From: Euglena gracilis
Taxonomy: Eukaryota
DNA length: 64,000 bases
Direction of reading: 5' to 3'
NCBI GenBank assembly: GCA_039621445.1
Contig: CP154954.1
Span: 47,719,847 to 47,783,846 of the forward strand
Shown in pieces: positions 12,875 through 25,737 of the stretch. The notes below the pieces were generated by a model that ran no database searches, was not told the DNA's origin, and saw only the letters and a program-made list of their open reading frames with translations. How positions within the stretch are numbered: the first letter of the stretch is position 1; each line of letters begins with the position of its first letter. Both the position numbers and the translations under genes were made by a program.

Positions 12875-15800
12875 GTGGCGAGGCGCGTTCCTTACGCCGC
12901 TTCCCCGTTGAATTCATGCGCCCGGACGTCGGAGAGATGGAACGCTACATCCGCACATTTGTCCGATAAATCTGCCAGGGCCATGTCCACATTGGCCACC
13001 AAGACGAGGCTGTACAAGAAGCTGTTCAGGTAGTCCACGAAGTTTGCGCTGACCAATGCTATCCACGTCAGTCTTTGTATGGCTCTGGCGCATTTCGTCG
13101 AAGTCCATCCGCCACCATTCCACGCTTGTCCGGCTTGCAGCACGCCTTGAAGCTTCTCCGTTGATGTTGTCTTCAGCAAGTCGCGTACTTCACCGGGGTC
13201 CAGGAACCGACGTCCCCAGGCTTCGTTGTAGACGCTCTCGTCTGTAGATGACAAACTCTCGGATGTGATTGATGTCGACGTGATTGCTTGTAGCCCAAAA
13301 GGCGCTTAGGATCCGCCAACTCCGGCAACAAAAAGCAGCAAGAAGCACCGCGCCAAAGAACACACCATGAACATACAGCCGGTACAAAAAAGCAGGATCT
13401 CACCCAACCGAAGTGAGAAGCCCGAGTGGTCCACAGCCCCTCGGTTCAATAAGCTGATCTCTTTCTTCTGTCTGTGGCAAAATCCTCGGCCGCTCCGCTC
13501 GGCTGCTATCGCACAAAAAATGAACCGACTCCGGCCAATGTCGCCGGCGTCTTTTTCAGAAAGGCCAAAACATTAGAGAAGACGAACCCTCTCCCTCTCC
13601 TGTTCGATGGGACCCCGAAACTCCCTTTCTCGCTCTAAAAGTCGGCGTTTTAATCAGGATAATTAAGGAACGGGTGGCTTTTATTTCTTTTCTGAATGTT
13701 TGAAAAGACCCATCAGGGGTGTCTTTTAAGGCGTCGTTACTGTCGTTAGTGGAGAGGCTATGATGACCACACCGACTCCGGCAAAAAAGGCACTCAGCAG
13801 GGACTCTTAACTCAAAAGCACCGAATACATCCAAAAAATCCGCCAGTGAACAAGGAATGGTCTATACTGATCTTTGTGCTTCGTTTCCTTCAAAGTCTGT
13901 CCCGGCTTTGGTGCTTTTAATTCACCCGAGCTGATTCCTAAGTTTGACCTTCGACACCCAAAATAAAGCAACTTCAAATATCTTGTCAATTGGGAGAAGA
14001 AGAAGTCAATCATTCAAATTCAAATTGTCCAGAAAGAGACGCCGGCGTAGAACTATACAGCAGAAATTGTTGAAGTTTTGAACGAATTCAATGAAAGATG
14101 CAATTTGAAAAAAGAACAGCGCTGGAGCCCTTCACGAGGGAGCAGCCGAAGCATCTGGACAACCTGACGGAGCCGACCCGCTGTTGCGAACCGTGGCTTC
14201 TCCTTTCCCCAAAAGATTTCAAAAATAAAAAAAAACCCAAAGTGACGGCCACGAACTCTTGTGGACAATGGCCAGAAGACTCGTACTCCCTCGAGGAAAA
14301 CCGTCCAGGGAAAAAGGCATGGCCCCACAAGGGTAAAGTGCGTAGCCTGAGGTGTTCCCGTTAGGGCAGAAGCAACAGCCAGCTGGCCACCACGGCCGTT
14401 GGAGAGAAGAAATTTGGGGCCAACATTCCACAACACAGAGTGTGTTCAAGAGGGGCTATGGCAGCCAAAGCCGCGCAGGCCATGACGGCACCACGGGCCA
14501 TGACTGCACAGCCGACCGCGACGACACCTCCATTCACAAAGGTCGATGGAATAGTTTCAAAGGGGACCATCAGTGCCAAAAGGGCCCCACAAGCCATGCC
14601 AGGTGCAGAAACGGTCCAACACACAATCCCCATTCTTTCTCATTCAAACCACCATTCAGGGGCCAAGGGCAGAGTCCAAGAACCCCTCAAGCTGAGAGCG
14701 GGGTTGGCGGCCCAAAAGCCAATCAGGCCAGTTGGGCCTTTCGTGTCACTACTGGGGCCAGAAAATGCAGCAGGAAGACCCAACAAAACTGGCGGCGAAG
14801 AAGATGAAGGGCTGCCAGGGCTGTGCGTTTAAGTGGGCCCTCAAGCTACAGGAGTAAGATGGCGGGTTTCGAAGATGAGAAAAACCTCCCTACCTCGTGA
14901 CCATTCGGGCACCGCACTGCGAGATGGTGAGGTCCTGCTTTCCTTGCCGGCTGTTCTGTTCTGGTGTGTTTGTGTGTGCGCTGGGGGTGCTTCTTACTGC
15001 TTTTTGTTTCCGGAGTTGGCTGATTCCTAATTCTGCCCTTCGACCGAAAGGAGAAAGAGTTTCACTTCTACGAGTTCAAGTGGAATTATTTTACGAGGAC
15101 TACTACATTCACGAAGACCATCACTTTATCAACTGGTGGAGCGAACTTTTTTCGGACCTTCAACTTCCTGGAGGAAGAATTCAACTCTTCGAGTTCAACT
15201 GGAATTATTTCCAGAAACATTGCAAAGATCAACAACTGGACCTCCATGAAGAATGCATCTGAAAGAAAGTCAGACTGCCAAGGAGAACTTCAAAGAACTT
15301 CGAAGAAGGCATCTGAAGCTGGGGAAGGCAGGGGCTATGGCAGCCTTTCCAAAAATATCAGAAATACAAGGGATTCAAGTCATCATCAAGGCTATGGCAG
15401 CCATCATGGCTATGGCAGCCATCATCCAAAAGGACCTGGGGTCCAGAATCAAGGCTATGGAAGCCATCATCTAAGAGGGCAGTGGGCCCAGGGGCAAGGC
15501 TATGACAGCCAGTACCCCAGCCTGGAAAGATCCCATTGGGGAAAGGCATGTCCAACTTTCCCCCCAGGAATTTCAGACACAAACCCCCCAGGAGTAGCAA
15601 GCCACTGTCAAAAACAGGCCATGGTGGACTGTATGGCGAATCAAGAGGGACAGAGAAGAGACAAGAGAAGTCCTGGAGAGAAGGCCAATGGAGGAAAAGC
15701 AGGCCTGATGGCCCTGAAGGCAAATGGTGGCCAATACAATCAAGACCATCCACACCACGTCAGCCCTTGGGGGGGGGGGAGGCCCAAGATTGGCTCAGAC

Positions 15801-16019
15801 AGGCCCCCAGCTTTATATGTACCACCCAACTGCAGACACAGACCTTCCCCCATCATTCAGAAACAGGGGGAAAGCCTGTCTTTGGGGAGCCCTATGGCAG
15901 GGACAGCAGCAGCAGCCCCAGTGAGGGGGCAGCCAGAGGTGACCCCAGTGATGGGGCAACCAGGGGGAAGGACCCCAGCGATGGGGCCTGTGGAATCCCC
16001 AGACACATTACACCCAGGG

Positions 16020-17460
16020 GTGCCCCCCTACAAGGCCCTGCAGGCCAGCATACCCCATTGGGTAAGGGCAGGTGCCAGCAGAGAGGTATTAAACCTGATA
16101 AGGGAGGGAGTTATGGCAGATCCTCCCCTCCCCCCTCAGATGTCCTTAAAAGTTCCCTTCAAAAAACCCCAAGAAATAGTGACTGCCCGAAAAATTCTGA
16201 GAGAGTACGAATGTGCAGGAGCAACCAGGCAAATACCCCCAGAGGAGGCAAAACATTTTGTCCCTTATTTCATCATTTCCAAAAAAGAGGGGGAAAAGAC
16301 AAAGGAAAGACTAATTTCGGACTGTCGACAGTTAAATCACCATTTCACCACCCAGAAATTCAGACTGGAACACATGGGAAGCATCTTCCCATATTTGAGA
16401 AAGGGTTGGTTCTGTGGAAAAATAGATCTGAAAGAGGCTTATTTTCACCTAAAGCTGCACAACAGCCTGGAGAAACATGTTTGCATGCAAGTGGGGGGGG
16501 GGGGACGTGGCAGTTTCAGGCTGCATGCTTTGGCATCAGCAGCCTGCCACAAAAATTCATGACTCTCATGAGAATCTGGGAAAGAAAATGGAGAAAGGAG
16601 GGGAAAGTAGTTTTCATCTACCTGGACAACATTTTGCTCTTAGCCCCCAGCAAAAAGACAGCAGCCCAACATTTGGCAGAAGTGAAAAAAGATCTCCTAC
16701 TGGCAGGTTTCAGATTAAACCTCCCCAAATCCTGTTTGGAACCCACGCAGGAAATAAAGCATTTGGGCCAATGGATCAATTTGAAAAAAAGGCCAACTGG
16801 AAATTCCTCAGGAAAAACTGAAATCCTTAAGGAAGGAGCTAGGCAAAGTGCTCACAGCACAAAAAATGAGCTGCAGAAAACTCAGCTCTATTGTGGGACA
16901 GGTCAGAAGCTATTTAGTCTCCATGTCATTTCTCAGAATTCTGACAGATCAACTTTGCAAAATGGTGGATCTGCACACAACGTGGGGTTGTGACCACACC
17001 CTAACCATTCCCCAGGGAGTCAAGGATCAAATTGTGGAATTAAAGCATTTTTACAGCCAGGTGTTGGCAGGGCATTTCAATCCCAGGCCTCTCAAACACT
17101 CTTTTCGGACAGCAGCACCTGGCAATGGGGGGGGCTGGACAAAGATTCAGGCCAAAAGGTGCAAGATTTTTGGAGGGACTTACATGTCCTTCATATCAAT
17201 CAAAAAGAGTTGCAGGCTGCAGTGGAAACGGTAAAAGCACTAGCCAAACCAAAGCAAACAATTGTGCTTCATGTGGACAGCCAAGTGGCTGTAAGTTATC
17301 TAACAAAGTGGGGAGGCAAAAAGCCCTACCTAAACTCTATCTTAAAACCCCTGCTGTATCATTGCCAAGAAAAGCAAATCAATTTGCAGGTGGTTTGGGT
17401 TCCCACAAAGGAGCAATTGGCAGACTCCCTGACCAGGGAGCAAAAGGACCCAGGGGATTA
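16020..17460 (+). pseudogene. DIRS-B reverse transcriptase / RNase H
   Basis: PYFIISKK...ERLISDCRQLN, KIDLKEAYFH, FQAACFGISSLP, FIYLDNILL (YxDD changed to YLDN), FSDSS, HINQKELQAA, HVDSQVA, ADSLTR. Several frameshifts fall in G/A homopolymers. Confidence 0.9.
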
Positions 17461-17950
17461 TACCCTAAACCTAAACATCTTTCATCAAATTCTTCAATTT
17501 TTCAAAACGGACATCACCCCAGAGGTGGACATGTTTTGCACCCCCAGCAACAAAAAATTCCCCAAGTTTGTTTGTCGATACCCCCACCAAGGGGCTTTGC
17601 TGGTGAATGCCTTAAAGGCAGATTTGAGGAGCCTCCCCTCCAGTTTATGCAACCCCCCCCCCCCCTGGAGCATCATTCCCCAGTGGGTTCAGAGATTGAT
17701 GGTAAATCCAGACCTGCAATGTCTGTTGATTGTACCCCACTGGGTTTCGACATCATGGTGGCGCCAATTAATGTCAATCCGACAGCCAGGCAGCAGAGTT
17801 TTACTGGTACCCCCCCCCCAGTGGGGTCTGTTCACCAACTGCTGGGGGGAGGAGATGCCCCCCCCAAGGTGGAATTTGGCCTGCTTGATTGTGTCAGGCA
17901 AATATTACAATCCCAGGAAGTTTCGATGTCCAGTATCGACACTTACATAA
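17460..17950 (+). pseudogene. DIRS-B Dam-like N6-adenine methyltransferase domain fused to RNase H
   Basis: EVDMFCTPSNKKFPKF...VNAL...CNPPPPW (NPPW with an expanded C-run)...LIVPHWVSTSWW. Confidence 0.8.
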
Positions 17951-18748
17951 AAAAACTGGGAAATGTCAAGAGATATGACTCAGCATTCAGGGCTTTGGTG
18001 GGCCACTTGTTGCACAAAGGGGTGCCCCTGCAGGACTGCACAGTCCACAAGATGGCCGAGGCCATCCTTGATGTTGCTACCCACAGCCTCAACACTGCAC
18101 GAAATGCATATGCAGCAGTTTTATTACTCCCAGGGTTTGGGTCATTGAGGTTCTCCCCTCTTTTGTCTCCATTGAAAAGGAAATGGAATGCCAATGTCTG
18201 CAAGTATGTCCATTTTTGGGACCCCACTGATTTTCTAGACAACATCATCAGACAATCAAGACCCCTCTCAGAACTCTCTGTGAAAGAGCTCCGAAACAGA
18301 CTCATCATTTGTTGGAGGCTTTTGGCCCTCCACCGGGGGGTTGATCTAGCCAGGACACAGCGAAAAATCAGTTTCGTGGGAGGAAAATTTTTCATTTTAT
18401 TGCAAAGGAAAGGGTGGCAATTCCCAAGATGGGAGGAAGTTTTGAATTTGCCACACCCCCCCCTCATAAGCCCCTGGCATTTATTGAAAGAGTATGCGGA
18501 AAGGACAGCCCACATGGTTGGGCACAAAAATAATTTGTTGTGGTCTTTGGATGGTAAAAAACCTTTGACATCAGAAAGAGTGAATTCCCTTACCAGAGAA
18601 ATTCTGCATGAGGGGGGGTGGACACCACCCACTGGAAACCCCACAGCACCAGAGGGGCTGGGGTTTTATGGTGGAAAAATGCTGGTTTGCAAGTGGAAGA
18701 AGCCCAGCAATTGGGTCAATGAAAAAATTTTGGTGCCTTCCAAGCTCA
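17880..18748 (+). pseudogene. DIRS-B tyrosine recombinase, 3' truncated
   Basis: LALHRGVDLAR, then after a frameshift in the G-run near 18615, HWKPHSTRGAG...LGQ*KNFGAF. Similarity to DIRS-A ends just before the catalytic HY. Confidence 0.85.
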
Positions 18749-19509
18749 AGGGGCAAATGGGAAAAGAATTTTTTTTAAAAAAACTTTACGGTTGGTGAGG
18801 ACCACCTCTGACCTTTTCTGCTTCTCGGTCGGCTATCGGACTCCCACGACAGAGGAAGGGGGAGGAAGGGACCATGAGGGCGAAGCAAAAGAAGATCGTG
18901 AGGTCCTGCTTTCCTTGCCGGCTGTTCTGCTCTGGTGTGTTTGTGTGTGCGCTGGGGGTGCTTCGTTGTCTCGTCCACCCCTCGGGGGAGTCCGACTCCC
19001 TGGCCGGTTTTTTCCCCCAAGGAGTGGGCATGCACTTCGTGGCGCAGAAAATGGATAGTTTCGCAAATGTTGCAAATTCAAAAATTAATCACGAAGCTGC
19101 TCGCCACTCATTGCTTTGACTTGGGAGACTGCGGAAAAAAATGACACCCAACCCAACTCAAAATCTTTCGAGGCCCAAGAAAGCCGTGCAATTTGATTTT
19201 CCCCCACGTATTTCCTACACATTTTGGGCAGGGTATTTCTCTGTTTGCAGCGTGTGGGTTTGGTGGGAATGGGTACATGGCCAGATAAAGCATTTGAATG
19301 ATATGTGGGGGGGTGACATGCAATGTTGTGAACTATACCACAAATCAGGCAGAGGAGAGAGAAAATGACCGTCGCAAGCGTCAACATATTCCATGGGTCC
19401 ATGGGTCAGTGCTGATAAAAACGAAATCGATGCGTGGCATGGGCAACGATTGTGAGGTGCGATGTGGATCACAACGGCATCACCCCAAAAGCGCATGCTG
19501 ATCATTCGT

Positions 19510-19720
<211 letters not shown>

Positions 19721-20097
19721 CCTTTCGTCTGAGGTCCGGGGAATGCACCTTTCGTGCCACTGGTGGGATTCACTTTCATTCAACAACTGAAAAATCATTT
19801 ATCTGCTCCCTAACCTCCAGACTTTGGAAATTTCTGAGATTTCAACAAAAATCCAAACTTTTTTTGGTGCTTCGCTCAAGGCGTTCCGGATGTTCAAAAT
19901 TGAACAGAGAACAAATATTGCCAAAAAAAACCAGGGGCAAAGCGAATGCAAAATAACCCAGAAAAACTTGCAGAACAAAAAAAATAAAAACGCTGATCGC
20001 TGCGCGAAGCTTCCCCCCCCCCCCCCCCCTTTTGAGCCCTCGAAGCCCATGCGGCGCATCCCATAAAAAATATTCCGCCAACGGCGGGGGCGCCGGC

Positions 20098-23000
20098 TTA
20101 CAGCTGGAACTTGCTGGCCGCAGGGGAGGCCTTGGCGGGCAAGAAGAGCGGCGACATGGCGAGCTTGTTGGGGGCGAGGGACGATGTGATGAACTCGTAC
20201 GCCTCGGCCACGTCGTCCGTGAAGAGCAGGTCGTCCACGTCCTTCTGGGAGATGGTGCCAAGGTCCACCATCGCCTGCCAGTTGATGACCTGCACCAGGA
20301 AGAGGATTCGCCACCCCGCTCCCCCCGCCAGGCCACGACTTCCATACGCCACCTGTCTCGAACCGGGGGGGGGGGAGGCTGGTCCAGCCAAAACGCCGTC
20401 TCATGCGTGCATGCGTGCATGCGGTCCACCTTCTCCCAGTACTGTCGGCCAAACAGGACGATGGGGAGGTCCGGCCGCAGCTTGCCGGTCTGCTTCAGGG
20501 TGACGGCCTGCAGCCCAAGGCCCGCCCAAGTGCAACCACACCGAGGGGAATATCCGCCCAGGAAACCTTGAACCCAACCCGCTGCCTTTTGGCAGAACTG
20601 CGCCTGTAACGCGCCCCGAACGGCGCCTGTCTTCCGGATTGGAATCGCGACGACCATAGACAGGCCGGGGGGGGAACGAGAACGGAATTTGGAAGGCCTT
20701 TTAGACCCACGTAATGCACAACGGGTTCGCGCTTGCGATTGCCTTTTGGCATAACAACGACGCGGTGAGCGGGCCCCGCTTCCAATACTTAACAACCACC
20801 ACTATCCTGATTGCCCCCCCCCAATTTGTCATAATTTTCTTCTCTTCTTCTTCAAAAAAAAAACTGCATTCAAATGAACAGAAAAGCACCTGCAGAGCAG
20901 AAATGCACTGTTCAGTCCAACTATGGTAGCATTGTCAATCAGATGCATTCGTCGAAATGTCACAGGCACCCCCGGCAGGGTAGCTTTGCATTGCCGGCCA
21001 CCCCTGCACACCTCGAAGAGCTCGTCGAAGGTGCCGAAGCCGCCCGGGAAGACCACGATACAGTGGGCCTGGTACACCATCCAGAACTTGCGCGTGAAGA
21101 AGTAGTGGAACTCGAAGGCCAGCTCGGGGGTGACGTACTGGTTGGGGGCAGGGGCGGCCAGGGTTCGTCCGCCCTGTCCACTGCCGGAGGGGGGGTGGGG
21201 GGGCTTGGCCGACAGGGGAACTGGGCAACTGGGCAACCATCTAAAAATGTGGTGGTACAATAAAGAAAAACCGATTGCCAGAAACTCACCAAATTCTACA
21301 ACCCAAAACTCATACGATGCGCTTCGAATGCTTGCTGGTGTACGTTGTATGAGACCCCCTACCCTCCCCCGAGTCAAAATCCTCACCAGCCACGACAAAA
21401 CCTGGTAACCTGGTGACCTGGTAATCCGGTAACCATGGTTCCCCTTGGTTGTCCATGTCTTGTCTTGGGGTCCAAACTCATTCTTAAGCTATCTGTACTT
21501 ATCCATTTCAAGATAAGCACAAATTCCTGGTCTGTTACAGCGGGTCAGCGGGTGGTCATTCATGGGAGGTGGGGCGACCGTTGGTAGGGTTCAACTGATG
21601 GGAGGGTTCCTGTCCAAAATTGCAGATATGAAAACTCATTTTCCCACAAATTTCCTCATCGATCAATCCAAAATCATGACTGACTGACAGAAACTGACAG
21701 AAACTGACAACAAACATGTCCGGTGAATATGTTTGATGAATGCCAGGGTTTCTGATTTTATGACTTCCAAAAAACCTGCCTCTTGTCAATAAAACACTTC
21801 CAATACTTGATACCACCGGTGCTTCCCTTTGAGTCGTTGACCCAACCTTTACAACGCGGACGTATGGTTTGACTGCGTCCCACCTGGCCCTCAACTGGTG
21901 TTTGGCTTCAGCGACTGGATACGTTGGGGCCCAGCAGGACAGTGGTGGGGCTGCCCAGGCTGGCCCTGGGGGGAGCCCTTCTCGAAGGGCAGCGAGATGC
22001 CCATCCCCATCGTCTTGGCCCCGGGCACCTGTGCCCCGAGATGGTGGCGCGAGAGGAAGCCATGCCGGGGGGGGGGGCGTTGGACCAGGCCGTTGCTCGA
22101 GGACCCGGGGAGGGGTCTGCTGGCCAGGAACTGGGACCAGCTGCAGAAAATCCTCTGGAAAGACACCCTCTCATGGGGGGGAGTGGAATTTTTTTTTCTG
22201 ATGCAAGTCAAAAAAGGGAGCTTTATCAAACATTATTTTTATAATTTTGTTTCGAACTTGCTGCAGTCCAACCCGGCCTCCGGGGGTTCAGTAAATAATA
22301 ATCAGAGGCCTGGGGTGGAAGCCAGGGAGTATTATTTCAAGGAGAAAAATGTCAAACTCTTTAAAGGATGTTTAAGGTACTTTTTTTCCCTTTTAAATTC
22401 TTTAAGGCCTTTTAAATTTCTTTAAAGTCCTGTTTTCTAAGGTCGCACTAAAAGTTCTTTAAGGCTTTAAAGCACTTTGGCCAAATTCTTTAAAAAAGTT
22501 CTTAAAATTACCTGAAAATGGTGCCCGGTGGATGCCTGAGGAAATGTCTGGGGGACAGTGAGCCTCGTCCATTCAGGAAGTTTGAGATCAATGTCAAAGA
22601 ATGGTATTTGAAAAAGAGGGCCCTTTATTCTGCCTGTGTGCAGGTGGGGGGGAAATGCAACTTGGCCCTTCAAATTATGCAAGTCAAAAAAATGCAAAAA
22701 AATGCAAAAAAATGCAAAAAAATGCAACTTGCATAAAACCCCTGAGAAAAGGCTGGAATATAACAGAGTTTTGCTGCCTAAAATCAGTAAACATGTGACA
22801 ATGCCGGTGTACCTGTCAATGATTCACAAAGAAGACCTCCTGGAAAGCAATGGCAAGCACTGAGACCCAAAAGACCCCAGGCAACTGCAGAGAGACCAGA
22901 GACAAAACGTGACATATGGCGACCAACCACAAAATCACAAAATCGCAAAACCAGGGCAAAACATTTTATGCAAAAAAATGCAAAAAAATGCAAAAAAATG

Positions 23001-25737
23001 CAAACATATGGCGACCAACTACAAAAAAAATTTTCAGGGCAAAATATTTTATGCAAAAAATGCAAAAAAAGCAAAAAAAATGCAAATTTCGGAAAACCTG
23101 ATTATGCAAAAAATGCAAATTATGCAAGTTGCATATTCCCCCCCCTGCTGTGTGCAAGATCGTCATCGAATCCCATACCGACGCCGCTCCTTGGTTGGCC
23201 GCCTCCATGACGCCTGGGCCGCCTCCTGTACACACCACGATGTGCTGTGGGTACGCCGGCTCTGCCGTGGCATCCGCGGCGTGGGCTGGGGGATACATGT
23301 GCGATGCGATACGATGCGATGCGATACAATGCAATGTGAAGCGATGTGGTGTGTGTGTTGAATTGCAGGAGTACACACGACACAAGACTTTTTTCCACCC
23401 AACGCTCAAATGCGAAGATGATTCCTGCCTGATGATCGCTGGTGGAGGCAGACGGGGGGATATACCTTTCCCGTTCCCCCTGGGAAGGTCCTCGGTGAGG
23501 TACCGCGTGTAGTGCTGCATCGAGCCGCTGTCATGGTTCAGCCCCTGGACGCACAGCCCCTTCCTGACGTCCTACGAGAGGGGAACATATTGCTGTATTT
23601 ATGAATCAAATCTCGTCACCCAAGTGCTCACTTTCTGGGCGGCTTACCCCATATAACCAGTCAACTTCAAAGGCAATGAACACCCTCACAAACAAACTTG
23701 TGGCGTGGCTTTGATGGGCTTGGGCTCATGGCGGTGATTCCACACACCTCTGACATGGTCCACTCCGTCAGCCGCTTCGCAAGCTCCCTTGCCTTGGTGC
23801 AGTAATCGCACATCCAGACCGACCGCCGCAGGCGGCTCAGCTTTGCCTGCAGCCGCGCCAATTGTGCCTGGTCTGCAGTTGCTGCAATCTCCTGCGAGCC
23901 GCCCATGGGAGGAGGGCGATTGGCTTTTGTCGTTTGCGATTTGAAAATTATTGATTGTGTGCCGTCATTGACCATATCATTTGATGTGAAGCTGTTGGCT
24001 GTCTCTGAAAATGACAAATGCTCCCGAACACATCACCTTCAGGTGAACTCGGTGCAAAAAAATGGTAAAAAAGTTCTACTGAAAATTTGCCAACTTCAGA
24101 AATATAAATCATGAAACTTCTGTCCTTGTGGGACATTGATAGCCAAAAAAAAATAACATGCATGGCCGCCAACACAACGGGATCAATGGGATGAGCGGGA
24201 GGGCAGCACAATGATAAGACACAAATCCATTAAGAGAACAAAATTATAACTGTTTTATATAATGCACAAGAATCAACACATAAATGAATAACAATTAAAC
24301 CTAATGTGAACGAAAAATAAATGCGTTTATTTTGTTAAAAATAGGTCCCTCGTTGTGCATGCCAACGGATAAATTCTTCAATTCCTCCCTCCCAGGTACA
24401 AGGTTTACAAACACCATGTGATGGTGGCGTTGTGATCTTAGTAGTTCCTGATCTGATATCGGTGGCAGAGATGCCTTTTTTGGTGTTGGCATTTTTCTTG
24501 ATTTTCATGAACACAGTGCTGGGTGGCCGGAGGCAATGCAAGGCAGTGGCAACGGAGAGGAGGGATTGACCTCCTCACAGTTCTTCACCGCCTTCGCATG
24601 GTCCTCATGGGAGAGCGATCGGGCGGAGCCAAAGATGAGCAGGGTTCCCTGCAAACCCCAGGCGCAACTCCAACGCCAACAAGCACACGGAGGAGTTCTT
24701 GGGTGGCGTCTGGGTTGTTGGTGTGGGGGGGGGGCAACGGTTCTGTCTTTCCGCCAATCCAGGATCACCAACGCAAACCTAAAAGGCCCGCAACAGCGAG
24801 CAAAAGCTCACACTCATAAATAATGGGGGTATGGGCGAAATATTTCGCCCAAAAATGAAGGGGAACACAATGGTAACAGAATTGAAGCCCAGATTGGCTT
24901 TGCATCTGCAAATCTGCTGCACATGCTACATGGGTGACATATGTATGTGCAAATTAAGAAGGAGCCGGTGGGAATTTGCACGCCTAGTCGATTGGCAAGA
25001 AATGGCCATGCCAAGCCACCTTGTTCTCATTATTTCTCACCAAAATCCCTTATCCAGACCAAGGTTCGTTGTAAATCAGGAGGAGGATTTCAGAGGGGGG
25101 ATGTGCAGATGGTTCAAAAATTAAAACACATATGTAGGGGAAGATTTCAAATCAACAAAACAGGTAAACTATAAAGCGCAGGCAGGGCGCGTCCAAGCGC
25201 CACGCAGACTCATCATGCAGAGCCAAAATCAATGCGGGCACAAAATCATCCAAACGTGCGGCACTTCCCACTTACACTTCGCACGGATGCACACAACAAC
25301 ATGGCCACACTTGGATGCAGTGCTCCCGGAGGCGGCGGCGGGGCTCCTCGAACTCGCACATGATGCGGATGGACCGGGCATGCCGGCTGCTGAGGAAGTC
25401 GAGGTTCTTGTACGCCTTGATGGTGGGCGTGAACTTTGTCTCCTCCTGGGGGAGCCAGGTGGCAAATCGGTTGGAGGTCATGGAGCAGTGCTTGGCCACA
25501 GGGTGGCTCAGGGGGGGGGGTTGTGGACGAAGGGCAGTGTCGGGATACCCAACCACCCACAACCACAAACCGTCCACCCAATCACCCACCCAAACCCATC
25601 CCCCCACTCAGTCCCCCCCCCCCCCAGCTACCACCCACCTACCCAGCCACCCACCCACCCACCAACCCACCCACACACGCACACACCTTGGCATCGTATG
25701 GGCAGTGGTCCGTCTTCTGCCGCTTCGGGTCAGACAT
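20098..25737 (-). CDS. LOG-family (Lonely Guy / putative lysine decarboxylase-like) nucleotide monophosphate phosphoribohydrolase, 10 exons, ~374 aa
   Basis: Exons 25737-25687, 25490-25311, 24648-24571, 23891-23748, 23571-23466, 23285-23179, 22028-21972, 21143-21012, 20507-20430, 20289-20098 join in frame. Motifs IFGSAR, TGGGPGVMEAANQGA, GISLPFE, FHYFFTRK, PGGFGTFDE. Eight GT-AG introns and one non-conventional intron (21144-21971). Confidence 0.92.
22641..23147. mobile_element. MITE with 7-bp TSD (P-like termini), inside a LOG intron
   Basis: Termini CAGGTGGGGGGAAATGCAACTTG and CAAGTTGCATATTCCCCCCCCTG; perfect 7-bp duplication CTGTGTG; internal AAATGCAAAA tandem repeats. Confidence 0.8.

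Larger units (their letters stand above)
10200..13254 (-). pseudogene. DIRS-A gag-like ORF1 interrupted by a nested LTR element
   Basis: ORF 12892-13254 continues in frame (A*GTRLATRSGGAGDAMDTEEE) into the 9384-11126 frame once 10940-12874 and one 4-bp TSD copy are removed; one in-frame TAA remains. Confidence 0.6.
7036..13432 (-). mobile_element. DIRS1-type tyrosine-recombinase retrotransposon A, decayed, full length
   Basis: Order on the minus strand is gag-like, RT, RNase H, adenine MTase, YR. Inverted terminal repeats at 7098-7191 and 13313-13405. Internal complementary region 7247-7325 matches both termini. Confidence 0.9.
14898..19000 (+). mobile_element. DIRS1-type retrotransposon B, decayed, right end inverted
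   Basis: Left end TGACCATTCGGGC is homologous to the DIRS-A left end. Carries gag with QGYGSHH repeats, RT, RNase H, MTase and YR. The 67-bp ITR segment 14927-14993 recurs at 18898-18964. Confidence 0.9.

Noticed and set aside
11145-12969. Long GC-rich ORFs (280 and 418 aa)
   Set aside because: They lie across the LTRs and interior of the nested element and show no recognisable domain.
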